64,000 bases of DNA from Bacillota bacterium (GCA_023441055.1 JAEZQY010000067.1:150246-214245); one strand, 5' to 3'. Positions 27,162 through 38,280 are shown, counted from the first letter of the stretch. Notes: generated by a model from the sequence alone, not told the origin. Made by a program: numbers and translations.

Positions 27162-28220
27162 ATGGATGCATATGTCTTGACCAATACGGAAATCATAAAG
27201 CTCAGACACTATATTGAGCTGAAGTATCAGCAGCCGACATCCCGGAAGCGCGCATCTATACTTGCCAATGCCGTGCATCGCATTGTCGAATCTCGTCTGC
27301 CTGACTTCCCTCCTGAGGTGAAGAGGCAGATTCGCAGTGAGCTGCTGCTGACTCATAGCGATTCGTTGACCATTCAAGTCGATGATGTCTTGCAGCATTG
27401 CCTATCTCTTGATCTGAACAAGGAGGAACTTCTATTGCCCCTAGTTTCATGGGTGAGCAAGCAATCCGAGGACCCTCTCCCCGAGGAGCAGGTACGCGAC
27501 TCGATCGTTCGCGCCTATCGACAGTCGAGTTCCGTCATACGTCTTCAAGCAATAGAACTGGAAGTCAAGCAAGCACAACGTACGCCCCCACTTCAACGCA
27601 AGTACATCCTGGCCGCCATGGCGCTTACGGCTGTGCTTCTATTTACAATGCTTGTCTTTATGAATCGATCAACCGACACACAGGTGCTTCCGCCAGCACC
27701 AATGGCAGATGCGCATGATCCTGTTATAGCGCTTACCCCTGCCCCTCCCGCTCCGGCTCCAGCAGATGGCATGCCTGAGCAGCTCCGATATACGTCGGTA
27801 GACACAGAGCGGCTGCGGGACTATCTGCACCGTAAAAATTCCATCCTATCGGAAGAGACCTATATGAACGCGATTATTCGAGCAGGTGAGGAATTCGATG
27901 TGCATCCCCTGCTCTTATTCGCAATAACTGGACAGGAGCAATCCCTCGTCCCTAGAAGCCACAAGACCGCGAGCGCGATCGTTAATAATCCGTTTAATGT
28001 GTATGGCAGCTGGGAGCGTTACAACACGACCATCGATGAATCATCCAAGATTGCAGCGAAGACGGTGGCGAATGTGAGCAGCCGTCGCCCTGCTGAGATG
28101 CATCCGATTAAGTGGCTTAACGAAACATATGCCGAGGACCCCAATTGGTGGACAGGTGTCACCTGGTTCTTCGATACCATGCTTCGCGAAGTGGCCGATG
28201 ATACCTTTGAGTGGGAGTAA
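27162..28220 (+). CDS. Single-pass membrane protein with a possible C-terminal glucosaminidase/muramidase-like domain
   Basis: One TM (ILAAMALTAVLLFTMLVFM) followed by a P/A-rich linker. The C-terminal stretch FDVHPLLLFAITGQEQSLVPR...NNPFNVYGSW resembles peptidoglycan-hydrolase folds. The domain call is tentative. Confidence 0.45.
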   Translation: MDAYVLTNTEIIKLRHYIELKYQQPTSRKRASILANAVHRIVESRLPDFPPEVKRQIRSELLLTHSDSLTIQVDDVLQHCLSLDLNKEELLLPLVSWVSKQSEDPLPEEQVRDSIVRAYRQSSSVIRLQAIELEVKQAQRTPPLQRKYILAAMALTAVLLFTMLVFMNRSTDTQVLPPAPMADAHDPVIALTPAPPAPAPADGMPEQLRYTSVDTERLRDYLHRKNSILSEETYMNAIIRAGEEFDVHPLLLFAITGQEQSLVPRSHKTASAIVNNPFNVYGSWERYNTTIDESSKIAAKTVANVSSRRPAEMHPIKWLNETYAEDPNWWTGVTWFFDTMLREVADDTFEWE

Positions 28221-28286
28221 AAATTGATCATGTCGAAATAGAGGATATTATGTCGAACATATAGAATACCTACTCCAAACGACATC

Positions 28287-30050
28287 ATGAACCGTTCGGA
28301 GGAGATAGGTATGGTTATTCTGAACAAAATCAATGTTGCAAAGTCGATTCGCCCGCTTTCTAAGTCCAGTCTGTCCCAGAATGCAAATCTGGCGCAAAAG
28401 CTTTATTTTCAACAAATTCATCAGTCCGATGTAGATAACGTGCGCAAGTTGAGCCGGATTATGGCTATACATGCCCACAGTATTACGGAACGCCATTATG
28501 AAGTGCTCCGGCAATTGCCTGAATTGCAACGAATCATTGATGATCACAGCACATTAGACAGACTGAAGAAGACTTTCTTAACTTATCTTGACTCCATCCC
28601 CAGCGCCAAGTTTGACGATGACTACGTGAACACGCGAATTCGTATCGGTCAAATTCACAGTCATATCAACCTGCAGCCTGAATGGTTTATAGGCGGTTTT
28701 ACCCGCATCTACGAGTGGCTCGTGCCCGCTATCATGAATGAGTTCGGGAATCGTTCAGAAGCCGCTGCCGTCCTCGTGTCGCTCAACCGCATGCTGACAA
28801 TCGATGCTCAGCTCGTACTTGAGGCCTATCAGATTGCACATGAGTATCAATTTATTGAAACCAATAGCAGTATCATTGAGTCGATCATTCAGATGGATCA
28901 AATAAAACCACTGCTTGACACTGTCAACCAGTCTATGGATGAAGCGACCAACGTAAGCGCAGCAACTGAGCAATTGACAGCCTCTATCGAAGAGGTCGCC
29001 AATCACGCCGTTCAGGTTGCACATCGTACCGATGAGATGATCAGAGAGACCAGCGCTAGCCAGCGCATGATTACTGAAGCGCTGAATGACTTCCTCGAGA
29101 CAGCTCGGCAATTCAGCTCGGTGCGTAATCAGTTCGAGGAGCTCCGTCAGGCAATCGAGCATGTCACTGAGGTCGCCAGCTTCATCCGAGAGGTAGCAGA
29201 CCAGACGAATCTGCTCAGCCTTAATGCCGCAATCGAGGCAGCGAGGGCAGGTGAGGAGGGGCGCGGCTTCGCAATAGTAGCCAGCGAGGTTCGAAAGCTT
29301 GCTGAGCAGACGAGGAGCTCGGCTGACAATATCGCCAGTATGATCCAGCATGTCCATCAGACAGCCGAACAGGTTGGGAATCAGACAGAGCAGATGGGAG
29401 ACCTCATCAAATCACGTGTCGAGAACACACAGGAAGCCATTACACGCCTGAATCGAATTATTGATCAAGTATCTGAAATCGGTGATTCTACTTCTAATAT
29501 TGCAGCAATTGTAGAGCAACAGGCCGCCGCCACGGATGATATCTCATCGAGGTCTGTCGCAATGATGCATCATCAAGAGCAGGTTCAGCAGCACGCCAAC
29601 GCGACAGGTCGTGATTTGTATGAGATCAGTAAGAAGGTGAACGAGCTTCGCTTGAGCGGAATTCAGAACATAGCTTTAAGCGAAAAGCATATCCTCCGTG
29701 TCGTAAAGACGGATCATCTGCTCTGGCGCTGGTGGGTTTATAATAGTATTCTTGGCTACCATACGATGAATGTAGATGAGTTAGGCGATCATCATATGTG
29801 CCGCCTCGGAAAGTGGTATGATTCGAAGCAAGCCGATGACCAGATCAAGGATCGTTCCTCCTACCGTGGCATTGATGAGCCGCACTCGCAAATTCATCAG
29901 CTCGCCAAGGAGGCTGCCAACCTCATGGCATCCCATGCACATGAACAATTAGATGATCTCCTAATTTCGATGGAGCAAGCCTCTTCTCAGGTAGTTGCGC
30001 ATCTGGATCAGCTCCAGCAAGAGCTATTCGGCAATCTAGTAAGACGCTAA
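28287..30050 (+). CDS. Soluble methyl-accepting chemotaxis protein: globin-coupled sensor + MA signalling domain + C-terminal CZB zinc-binding module
   Basis: HemAT-like protoglobin region ([30 protein letters not shown]). MA hairpin ([39 protein letters not shown]). CZB motif (HLLWRWW...[10 protein letters not shown]...PHSQIHQL). No TM segments. Confidence 0.85.
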   Translation: MNRSEEIGMVILNKINVAKSIRPLSKSSLSQNANLAQKLYFQQIHQSDVDNVRKLSRIMAIHAHSITERHYEVLRQLPELQRIIDDHSTLDRLKKTFLTYLDSIPSAKFDDDYVNTRIRIGQIHSHINLQPEWFIGGFTRIYEWLVPAIMNEFGNRSEAAAVLVSLNRMLTIDAQLVLEAYQIAHEYQFIETNSSIIESIIQMDQIKPLLDTVNQSMDEATNVSAATEQLTASIEEVANHAVQVAHRTDEMIRETSASQRMITEALNDFLETARQFSSVRNQFEELRQAIEHVTEVASFIREVADQTNLLSLNAAIEAARAGEEGRGFAIVASEVRKLAEQTRSSADNIASMIQHVHQTAEQVGNQTEQMGDLIKSRVENTQEAITRLNRIIDQVSEIGDSTSNIAAIVEQQAAATDDISSRSVAMMHHQEQVQQHANATGRDLYEISKKVNELRLSGIQNIALSEKHILRVVKTDHLLWRWWVYNSILGYHTMNVDELGDHHMCRLGKWYDSKQADDQIKDRSSYRGIDEPHSQIHQLAKEAANLMASHAHEQLDDLLISMEQASSQVVAHLDQLQQELFGNLVRR

Positions 30051-30160
30051 TACTCACCAGATAAACGGCTCAGCCGTCCTGCTTCGCAGGGTGTTTCCGT
30101 TTAGCGTCGATATATAAGCTCCTTTAAGTAAAAAACTTATAAAGTCTTATATATTAACTA

Positions 30161-30203
30161 AAGGCACTCCTAAGCGATCAATACTGATCCTCTGGAGTGC
30201 CTT
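30161..30203. terminator. Hairpin between convergent MCP and lipoprotein genes
   Basis: AAGGCACTCC ... GGAGTGCCTT 10-bp perfect arms with a 23-nt loop, flanked by AT-rich sequence. Confidence 0.45.
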
Positions 30204-30230
30204 ATTCTCTTGCTTGTTATTCCTTGCTCG

Positions 30231-31241
30231 TTATTCCAACACCCCTGCGGTCGTCTTCTCCTGGAAGGTCTCCACCTCTTCGGTCTGCTTACCGTCATTA
30301 CGTTCAACAACATCTAGGAATTCCTGCATCGTCTGCAGGTACTCACTGTCCTGGGTGCCGCCTTCTAGCGCCTTCAGATACGCTTCCTTCACCTCTGGAA
30401 CGATCGTCTTATCCCCATAGGCGAATAATGGAGCATTATCGATGCCACGGAAGGAGATATACTTGTAGCCGTTGAATAGGTTCCGCATATCGTCCTTCTT
30501 CACCGAGTCCGGATGGTCTCGCAGGAACTTCTCCATCGAACGCGAACGCTCCACCACCTCAGACCACGTGATGATCAGACCCGCATCCTTGACGGATGGC
30601 TTATTCGACTCAAGCGCCATAATATCAATATAGGCCTTCATGTCATCGGTCGTATGCGATTGGAATACACGATAACGCTCGTAATCAATAACAGGGAAGA
30701 AGGAGCCTTCCGCCGTCTCTACCTTATAACCCGCAGCTTCAGTATCCAGTAGAAGCTCCTTCAGTGCCTCATCCTCTACATCATTCGCGCTGGGCAATTC
30801 GAAGTCTTCGGATGCATATAGATCCATCAGCTTCTCCTGGACGCCCTCTTCCGTGTAGAAGCGTTCCTCCAACACCAGCGATTGGGCTTGCTGGGCCTTC
30901 TCGAGCTCCGCCAGCATCGTTGTCAAGCGCTCGGCCTTCACTTGTGTATAATGTTCATTCAGGTAATCCAGCATCTCTGCGCTGCTCGCGCCAGAAGCAA
31001 TCAGGTTGTCATATCCGCTCGCAATAGCTGTGTCATCTACATCTGCAGCATCATTCGAATCAGCAGGCTCCCCTTCGCCTTCACCCTTGTTCTCGTTCTC
31101 ACGCTCATTGTTATTCTCGCTGACATCCTGATCTCCGCCGACAGGCTTCTTATCCTTATCATCCTTGTCCGCGCAACCAGCTGCGATTACTGCGCAGAGC
31201 AGGATCGCCAGCGCGAACCCTAGCCACTTTTTCACCTTCAT
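30231..31241 (-). CDS. Lipoprotein of unknown function
   Basis: Signal peptide with an AAGCA lipobox, an acidic low-complexity linker and a ~260-aa body with no motif I recognise. Confidence 0.7.
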   Translation of the reverse strand: MKVKKWLGFALAILLCAVIAAGCADKDDKDKKPVGGDQDVSENNNERENENKGEGEGEPADSNDAADVDDTAIASGYDNLIASGASSAEMLDYLNEHYTQVKAERLTTMLAELEKAQQAQSLVLEERFYTEEGVQEKLMDLYASEDFELPSANDVEDEALKELLLDTEAAGYKVETAEGSFFPVIDYERYRVFQSHTTDDMKAYIDIMALESNKPSVKDAGLIITWSEVVERSRSMEKFLRDHPDSVKKDDMRNLFNGYKYISFRGIDNAPLFAYGDKTIVPEVKEAYLKALEGGTQDSEYLQTMQEFLDVVERNDGKQTEEVETFQEKTTAGVLE

Positions 31242-31336
31242 CTCTTCACGCCTCCTAATCCTATTATGTCCACTTTATGTTGGTTCTTTCACGAACCTTT
31301 CTATGTGGACTACATTTCTGACGAGGCGCCTTCCCT

Positions 31337-32965
31337 TTATGTTGCAGTTGATGAATTCTTCCGATATTGATTCGGCGACACACCAGCCGCCTTCTTGAAC
31401 ACCTTGCTGAAGTACTTGTCGTCCTGATAGCCGACCATCTCGGAGATCTGCGCAATCCGCAATTGCGGATTGCGCAGTAGCACCTTCGCGCGATCCATGC
31501 GGATACGCTCAATGTATTCCGAGATATTCTCCCCCATCTCCTGCTTGAACCTGCGCGAGATATATTCGCGGCTGAGGCTGCAGCGCTCCGCGATGTCCTG
31601 CAGCGACAGCTCCTCGGCGTAATGCTCGTCTATATAGGCCGCAATCTCTCGGATGACCGAAGTCTTCGATTGCTGGTCAGACAGCAATTGCGCCAGAGCC
31701 AGCATCTGCCGGGTGAAGTCCTCCTGCCACAGCGGCAGGGACAAGCTCCCCTCGTCATCGACCGGTGCGATGAACGTGCCAGGCTCTCTGGCGGACAGCG
31801 GCTCCGATTCCTGATGGAGCCGCTGCTCGCCGCTCAGACAGCGGGCGCGGAAGACAGTGAATTCATGCTGCCACAATTCCAGCTGCTCAATCGTAATGCG
31901 CTCAAGCCGCCGCACCTCATCGAACCATACCGCGACCGACGCGCTAATCTGCTCGGGCCGGCCGCTCAGCAGCGCCATCCGAATATCTTCTTGATGCCTG
32001 GCGAAGTTCAGCGCCGTCATGCTGCCGCCGGACTTCTCCGCGAATATATGAATGCGATTCCCGCGATGCAGCAAATTCCGCTGCCGAAGGGCGGCAGCCG
32101 CTTCCTGATACGTCTGCGGCAGCCCAGCCGGGAATTCGGTCGCCGAGCCAATCCCGAAGTCGAAGCGAACGCCGAACGTCTTATAGATGCCCTCATTTAT
32201 GCTGCGGATCAGCACGGGCAAGTCCTCGGTCTTGCGCCAAGCCACAATCACCAACTCCTGCCATCGGCTCCAGTTGCGATACGCGTATCCCGTTCGGTAC
32301 TGTCTCAGAAATTCATTCGCGATATTCGCCAGAGAATAGCTGAGCAGATCCAGGTTGGACGCGAACTTATCCTTGATGCGCTGCTGCATTGTCTCCAAGC
32401 TCAGAATGGCGATCCGCATACGCGGCGTTCCGGCCTCGATGGCGAACTCCATCTCCAGCTCATCGGCGAAGGAGGCATAAATCCCCGGCTCCTCCACGAG
32501 CGTCGAGAATACCTTGTCCCAGTAGATCGGCTTAATCTGGTTCAGCTTCATGCTCTGATCCTGCGATCTGTTGCGCATCAGCTCCTCCGAACGCCGCGCC
32601 ACAACCGCCTTGCGCAGCGCCTCATTCAGCTGCCCCTCGTCGATCGGCTTCAGAATATAGTCCATGCCGCCGTACTTGATCGTATGCCGCACATACCCGA
32701 AGTCATCATGTCCGCTGATCACGATCGTCTTGCTGCCCGGGGCATGCTCCTGTACCCATTCCAGCAGCGCCGCCCCGTTCATAACGGGCATCAGCATATC
32801 CGTGAAGATAATATCCGGCTGCTCGGATGCGATTAGGCCAATCGCGGTCTGCCCCTCCGGCGCCTCCAGAATCTCCTCAATGCCGAAGCTCTCCCAATCG
32901 ACCAGCATTCGAATCGCTTCACGCACATGCCGCTCGTCATCCACGATCAGAACCTTCATCCTCAT
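31337..32965 (-). CDS. Response regulator with AraC-type HTH output (YesN class)
   Basis: REC domain (VLIVDDE...DIIFTDMLMPVMNG) plus a C-terminal AraC HTH. Confidence 0.9.
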   Translation of the reverse strand: MRMKVLIVDDERHVREAIRMLVDWESFGIEEILEAPEGQTAIGLIASEQPDIIFTDMLMPVMNGAALLEWVQEHAPGSKTIVISGHDDFGYVRHTIKYGGMDYILKPIDEGQLNEALRKAVVARRSEELMRNRSQDQSMKLNQIKPIYWDKVFSTLVEEPGIYASFADELEMEFAIEAGTPRMRIAILSLETMQQRIKDKFASNLDLLSYSLANIANEFLRQYRTGYAYRNWSRWQELVIVAWRKTEDLPVLIRSINEGIYKTFGVRFDFGIGSATEFPAGLPQTYQEAAAALRQRNLLHRGNRIHIFAEKSGGSMTALNFARHQEDIRMALLSGRPEQISASVAVWFDEVRRLERITIEQLELWQHEFTVFRARCLSGEQRLHQESEPLSAREPGTFIAPVDDEGSLSLPLWQEDFTRQMLALAQLLSDQQSKTSVIREIAAYIDEHYAEELSLQDIAERCSLSREYISRRFKQEMGENISEYIERIRMDRAKVLLRNPQLRIAQISEMVGYQDDKYFSKVFKKAAGVSPNQYRKNSSTAT

Positions 32966-34757
32966 TCAGCGCCCCTTCCTCCAGCATAATCATGATGTTC
33001 ACCTTGAGCCCCTGCGGGTCTCTGGCTTCCAGACCAATCCGTGCATACCCGTCAAAATAAAGCAGCAATCGTGACTGGACGTTGAACAATCCGATGCTCC
33101 CCGCGCCTGTTCCCTCCTCCCACGCGTGCGGCAGATCCAGCCTGGCCTGAATCTCGTCCAGTTCCTCCGGCTCCATTCCGGCGCCGTTATCCGCCACGCT
33201 GATCAGCAATTGATTCGCGTCCATCCGCCTGGCGGCGATCCAGATCTCGCCGATATTATTCTGCTTCACAAAGCCGTGCTTGAAGCAGTTCTCGACGAGG
33301 GGCTGCACCGTCATCCGCGGCACCTTGATCCACCTGGTCTCCTCCTCGATATCCAGATGGAATTGCAGCTTCTCGTCGAATCGCTGGGCCTGCAGATCAA
33401 GATAAGCCTTCACATAATCAATCTCGGCCGATAAGGGGACCAGCGTCTCATTCGTATTCATCTGATAGCGCATCATCTTCCCGAGCGACGCGATAAGCGA
33501 ATAGATCTTCTTCTCCTTATTCTGCAGCGCCAGCGTGCCGATCGATTGCAGCGCGTTGTTCATGAAGTGCGGGTTCACCTGCGCCTGCAGCGCCTTCAAT
33601 TGATTCGTCTTGTTCGCGATCTCCAGCTTGTACTCCTTATTAATTAATTGATCCAGCCGCTCCATCATTTGATGGAAGCGTCGGGATAATATGCCGATCT
33701 CATCCGCTCGATACGTATCCGGCTTGGCATCGAGCTGTCCGGATTCAATGCGATTGATCGTCTGAATGAGCCGCTTGATCGGCAAGGTAAAGTGGAACGA
33801 GATGTAGAGAATGGCGATCACGGCAATAATCAGGAAGAAGGTGACGATCAGGCTGTTAATCAGCGTCAGCTGCCGGGCATTCTGATACAAGTGCTCGTAA
33901 GGAATTCGCTTCACGAGCGTCCACTCCGCGAACGGCGTGGTGATGTCGCGGTAGAGATGAATACCGTCGAAGACAGCATCGCGATATTCCAGATCGCCGA
34001 ATTCAGCGTCGGCCGCCAGAATCTCATCCAGCCATGGGACACTCCCGCCATCCAGCTGCTCGGAAGCATAGATCATCCCTCCGCTGTGATCGATCAGGTA
34101 CAGCTCCTCCGCCTCTTCAGCATAGAGCATCCGGCTGATCTCCCGAATGATATCGAGTTTGATATCGATTGACAGTGTGCCGAGCACTTCGTCCGTGGGT
34201 TGGTTTAGTATTTTGCGATGGATGGTGATGACTTGCTCTTGCTGCTCGAATGTAAATTTATTGACGCCGTAAGTGTGGCTCAGATGGGCCGGCTGCATAT
34301 ATACGTCTCTGTCCGCGCCGAAGTCCGGTATATAGGTAGCGCCCGGCGCACTGCGTCTTAAGTTGTATGCGAACCGATAAGAGGTGCTCGACTTATCCAT
34401 ATAGATGTGAATCTGCTTGGCCTCGGCCAGTGAATTCACCATATACTGCAGACTGACATACAGATCCTGTTCGTCCGCGAAGTCCAGCTCGCTCCTCTCG
34501 ATAAGGCGGTACAGGCTCTTCTCATTCCGAATGTCCTGATAGAGAAGCAGCGAGGTCTGATTGATCCGATTTAGATAGTTCTGCATATTGGTCGCGCCCT
34601 GATAGAGGAGCGTGGTGTTGTCCTGAATCGAGGAGGTCTTCACGGTCTCCTTGGTATATTGATAGGTCACCAGAATGGAGATGGAGATCGGAATAACGAT
34701 TGCGAACAACAGGAATACGATCAGCTTGCCCCGCAGGCTGCCGCGAATGACCCTCAT
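32937..34757 (-). CDS. Sensor histidine kinase (YesM class: 2 TM, HAMP, His_kinase, HATPase)
   Basis: NPHFMNNALQSI H-box of the PF06580 type and a C-terminal GxGxG ATP lid. Overlaps the regulator gene. Confidence 0.9.
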   Translation of the reverse strand: MRVIRGSLRGKLIVFLLFAIVIPISISILVTYQYTKETVKTSSIQDNTTLLYQGATNMQNYLNRINQTSLLLYQDIRNEKSLYRLIERSELDFADEQDLYVSLQYMVNSLAEAKQIHIYMDKSSTSYRFAYNLRRSAPGATYIPDFGADRDVYMQPAHLSHTYGVNKFTFEQQEQVITIHRKILNQPTDEVLGTLSIDIKLDIIREISRMLYAEEAEELYLIDHSGGMIYASEQLDGGSVPWLDEILAADAEFGDLEYRDAVFDGIHLYRDITTPFAEWTLVKRIPYEHLYQNARQLTLINSLIVTFFLIIAVIAILYISFHFTLPIKRLIQTINRIESGQLDAKPDTYRADEIGILSRRFHQMMERLDQLINKEYKLEIANKTNQLKALQAQVNPHFMNNALQSIGTLALQNKEKKIYSLIASLGKMMRYQMNTNETLVPLSAEIDYVKAYLDLQAQRFDEKLQFHLDIEEETRWIKVPRMTVQPLVENCFKHGFVKQNNIGEIWIAARRMDANQLLISVADNGAGMEPEELDEIQARLDLPHAWEEGTGAGSIGLFNVQSRLLLYFDGYARIGLEARDPQGLKVNIMIMLEEGALNEDEGSDRG

Positions 34758-34919
34758 CCACTTCGCTCTCCTCTCTTATGAACTTGAAGTTGGTAATAGT
34801 GTAGCAGGCCATATCAATAAATTCCACCTTATTCATCATCATCGTCTGTGTTCGATGCCGGGGAAGATTCCTATAATGAAGTCATAACTTATTGGATTGA
34901 CTCTGGAGGTGTATGCAAC

Positions 34920-35810
34920 ATGGGAGGCAAGCGTAAACGAGCGTTGCTGGCGGGCATCGAACAGCTCGTGTTCACAGGGCCGGCGGCGGCGTTCTTCATC
35001 CTGATTGTCACGATTCCGTTCCTGCTAAGCATCTATTATGGCTTCACAAGCTGGAACGGTGTCACTTCGTCGGTAACCTGGGTCGGCATCGACAATTACC
35101 GGACGATCCTCACGACGGATGACGGGTTCCGTACATCATTCTGGTTCACGGCCAGATACACCGCGGCCGCCGTCGTCCTGACGAATCTGATTGGATTCCT
35201 GCTGGCGCTGCTGCTGACACAGCCGCTGAAGACAAGCAACCTATTGCGGACCATCTTCTTCCTGCCGAATGTAATCGGTGGATTGCTGCTGGGCTTCATC
35301 TGGTCCTTCATCTTCGTCAAGGGCTTCGCGGCGGTTGGCGATGCGACGGGGATCGCCTTCTTCCAGCTGCCCTGGCTGGGCACGGCGGGGACCGCATTCT
35401 GGGGAATGGTGATCGTCAGTGTGTGGCAGCTCTCCGGCTATCTCATGGTCATCTACATCGCTGCCATCATGAATGTGCCCAGGGAGCTGGTTGAGGCCGC
35501 CCGGATCGACGGCGCCTCGCGGCTTAAGATGCTGCGCGGCATCATCGTGCCGCTGATTATGCCGGCTTTCACCGTCTGTCTGTTCCTGACAATCTCCTGG
35601 TCGTTCAAGGTGTTCGACCTCAATCTGGCGCTCACCAAGGGCGGACCGTTCGGCTCTACAGAATCCGTTGCGCTCAATATCTATAATGAAGCGTTCCGCA
35701 ACAACAGCTATGGACTCGGAACCGCCAAGGCGCTGATCTTCTTCGTCATCGTAGCCGTTATCACCATGCTGCAGGTGTATATCACCAAGCGGAAGGAGGT
35801 CGAAGCGTAA
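34920..35810 (+). CDS. ABC sugar transporter permease
   Basis: EAA loop (VEAARIDGASRLKM). The ATG at 34920, with GGAGG 8 nt upstream, is preferred over 34848. Confidence 0.85.
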   Translation: MGGKRKRALLAGIEQLVFTGPAAAFFILIVTIPFLLSIYYGFTSWNGVTSSVTWVGIDNYRTILTTDDGFRTSFWFTARYTAAAVVLTNLIGFLLALLLTQPLKTSNLLRTIFFLPNVIGGLLLGFIWSFIFVKGFAAVGDATGIAFFQLPWLGTAGTAFWGMVIVSVWQLSGYLMVIYIAAIMNVPRELVEAARIDGASRLKMLRGIIVPLIMPAFTVCLFLTISWSFKVFDLNLALTKGGPFGSTESVALNIYNEAFRNNSYGLGTAKALIFFVIVAVITMLQVYITKRKEVEA

Positions 35811-36637
35811 TGCGAGCTTACAGCATGCGATTGTTCGGAATCGAGCTGATCGGCTGCCTGCTGGCGCTGGTCTTCCTGATTCCCTTCTACTTCGTCGGCG
35901 TCAATTCGGTGAAGAGCTTCGGCGAGCTGCTGAATAATGCGGCTGGCTGGCCGCAGGCGCTGCAGTGGGACAACTACTCCCGCGTCTGGACGATCATGCG
36001 ATTCCCCAGCGCCATCAAGAACTCGCTGCTCATTACGGTATTCAGCAATCTCGGCTTAGTGCTCATCAGCGGGATGGCTGCCTATCATATGGTCAGGAAG
36101 CCCAATCGATTTAACAAGCTCATGCTGTTCCTGTATGTCGCTGCGATGGTCATTCCCTTCCAGTCGATTATGATCCCGCTGGTCAAGGTCGCCAGCGAGG
36201 TTCAGATTATGAACAGCGCATGGGGGCTTATGGTCGCCTACTTCGGATTCGGCGTCTCCCTCAACATCTTCCTGTATCACGGATTCATGAAGTCAATACC
36301 ACGCGAGATTGAGGAGTCGGCTGTCGTGGACGGCTGCAATCCCTATGGCGTGTTCTGGCGAATCGTGTTCCCGCTGTTGAAGCCGATGACCGTAACCATT
36401 ATACTATTGAACAGTCTGTGGATCTGGAATGACTTCCTGCTGCCGCTGCTGTTCCTGTATGATCCAGAGCTACGCACGATTCCGCTGGCCACCTACTCGT
36501 TCTTCGGACAATATACCAAGCAATGGGATCTGGCGCTTGCTGGACTCGTGCTAGGAGTCACGCCGATTATCATCTTCTTCCTGCTCATGCAGAAGCATAT
36601 TATTGCCGGTATTACCGCCGGATCTGTGAAGGGTTAG
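35810..36637 (+). CDS. ABC sugar transporter permease
   Basis: EAA loop (IEESAVVDGCNPYGVFWRI). The start abuts the previous stop. Confidence 0.9.
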   Translation: MRAYSMRLFGIELIGCLLALVFLIPFYFVGVNSVKSFGELLNNAAGWPQALQWDNYSRVWTIMRFPSAIKNSLLITVFSNLGLVLISGMAAYHMVRKPNRFNKLMLFLYVAAMVIPFQSIMIPLVKVASEVQIMNSAWGLMVAYFGFGVSLNIFLYHGFMKSIPREIEESAVVDGCNPYGVFWRIVFPLLKPMTVTIILLNSLWIWNDFLLPLLFLYDPELRTIPLATYSFFGQYTKQWDLALAGLVLGVTPIIIFFLLMQKHIIAGITAGSVKG

Positions 36638-36858
36638 GCATCGTTGCGGAATAACTTCCGTAACGAGCCCTGAGACAATCGGGAAGGCGATGACAACATG
36701 TTGCACCTAATTGTTCAATATTATCAGTTTTTCAATATTTTGATACGTTCTATAATAATCACAATCTCATTCCCCTGCTATTCGGCCTCCATCCTGTGCG
36801 GCGATAGACAGCTCGGAATGCGATCACGAATATAATTTCTTGGGAGGGTCAACGTACA

Positions 36859-38169
36859 ATGAGAAAATGGGGCTTCACGGCAATATCGATGGTATTGATG
36901 GTTGCGCTCGTACTGGCAGGCTGTTCTGCGAACTCGAATACGACCACCGGTAATGGATCGGGCAAGGACTCCGGCGCTTCATCAGGCAAGCAGGTCACCA
37001 TCAAGATGTTCCAATTCAAGGTAGAGATCGCGGAACAACTGACCAAGATGATTGAGGAATATGAGTCGCTGCATCCCGGTGTGAATATTGAGATTGAGAC
37101 AGTCGGCGGGGGCGCGGATTACGGCGCGGCGCTCAAGGCCAAGTTCAACTCCAACGATAAGCCGGATATCTTCAACAATGGCGGCTTCACGGATCTGGAC
37201 CTGTGGCTGGAGCATCTGGAGGATCTGTCCGACCAGCCTTGGGTAGAAAATCTGGTCGATGTGGCCAAGGAGCCGATGACTAAGGATGGCAAGCTGTACG
37301 GTCAAGCGCTCAATCTGGAAGGATACGGCTTCATCTATAATAAGGATCTGTTCGCGCAAGCTGGCATTTCCGAACTGCCCAAGACGATCGACCAATTGAA
37401 GACGGCGGCTGAGAAGCTGCAAGCAGCAGGCATTACACCGTTCGTGAATGGCTACGGAGAATGGTGGGTGCTGGGCAACCACTTCGTGAATATCCCGTTC
37501 GCTCAGCAAGCGGATCCGGACTCCTTCATCGCAGGTCTGAATGACGGCTCCGCCAAGATCAGCGGCAATGAAGCGTTCAACCAATGGGTCGATCTGTTCG
37601 ACCTGACGCTGCAGTACGGCGGCAAGAACCCCCTGCAGACGGACTACAATACGCAAGTAACGGATTTCGCGACAGGCAAGGCGGCTATGACGCAGCAAGG
37701 CAACTGGACACAGGTGCAGATCTCCGCGGCCAGCCCTGATATCAACATCGGCTTCCTCCCGATGCCGATCAACAATGACGCGGCGGCGATGGATAAGCTG
37801 CCGGTAGGCGTGCCGAACAACTGGGTCATTCATAAGAACTCCGCAGTGAAGGAAGAAGCGAAGGCGTTCCTGAACTGGATGGTCAGCTCGGATGTCGGGC
37901 AGCGTTACATCACGGAGGAATTCAAATTCATCCCGGCGTTCAAGAACATCGAGGCGGATGAATCCGTGCTGGGGCAGCTGGCAGCCGACATCATCGCCTA
38001 CAGCCAACAGGACAAGACGCTCAGCTGGAACTGGTTCAAGTTCCCTGGCGGCGAAGCGTCCAGCAATGAATTCGGCGACTCCATGCAAGCCTATGTCGGC
38101 GGACAGCTATCCAAGGAGCAGCTGCTCGAAGCGTTCCAGAAAACTTGGGACAGATTAAGCAAGAGATAA
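36859..38169 (+). CDS. Extracellular sugar-binding lipoprotein (family 1 SBP)
   Basis: LAGCS lipobox and an S/G/N/T linker on a 436-aa SBP body. Confidence 0.9.
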   Translation: MRKWGFTAISMVLMVALVLAGCSANSNTTTGNGSGKDSGASSGKQVTIKMFQFKVEIAEQLTKMIEEYESLHPGVNIEIETVGGGADYGAALKAKFNSNDKPDIFNNGGFTDLDLWLEHLEDLSDQPWVENLVDVAKEPMTKDGKLYGQALNLEGYGFIYNKDLFAQAGISELPKTIDQLKTAAEKLQAAGITPFVNGYGEWWVLGNHFVNIPFAQQADPDSFIAGLNDGSAKISGNEAFNQWVDLFDLTLQYGGKNPLQTDYNTQVTDFATGKAAMTQQGNWTQVQISAASPDINIGFLPMPINNDAAAMDKLPVGVPNNWVIHKNSAVKEEAKAFLNWMVSSDVGQRYITEEFKFIPAFKNIEADESVLGQLAADIIAYSQQDKTLSWNWFKFPGGEASSNEFGDSMQAYVGGQLSKEQLLEAFQKTWDRLSKR

Positions 38170-38177
38170 TCGGAATT

Positions 38178-38210
38178 AAACGGCCAGGAGACCCAGTCTC
38201 TTGGCCGTTT
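38178..38210. terminator. Bidirectional intrinsic terminator
   Basis: AAACGGCCAGGAGAC-cca-GTCTCTTGGCCGTTT stem (one G-U pair) between convergent genes. Confidence 0.7.
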
Positions 38211-38280
38211 GTCATACATGCCGTCTCATTATTGTGCTCCTCGGACTAGAACTAACTCGTGTTCTTTACCATACACGCAG

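Noticed and set aside
31622-32836. 404-aa plus-strand ORF
   Set aside because: It lies entirely antisense to the response-regulator gene, which has clear REC and AraC domains. The composition is R/L/Q-rich, as is typical of shadow ORFs.
36982-38088. 368-aa minus-strand ORF inside the sugar-binding-protein gene
   Set aside because: It is antisense shadow of a well-supported plus-strand SBP gene in G+C-rich DNA. The product is R/L/H-rich low-complexity sequence with no RBS or motif.
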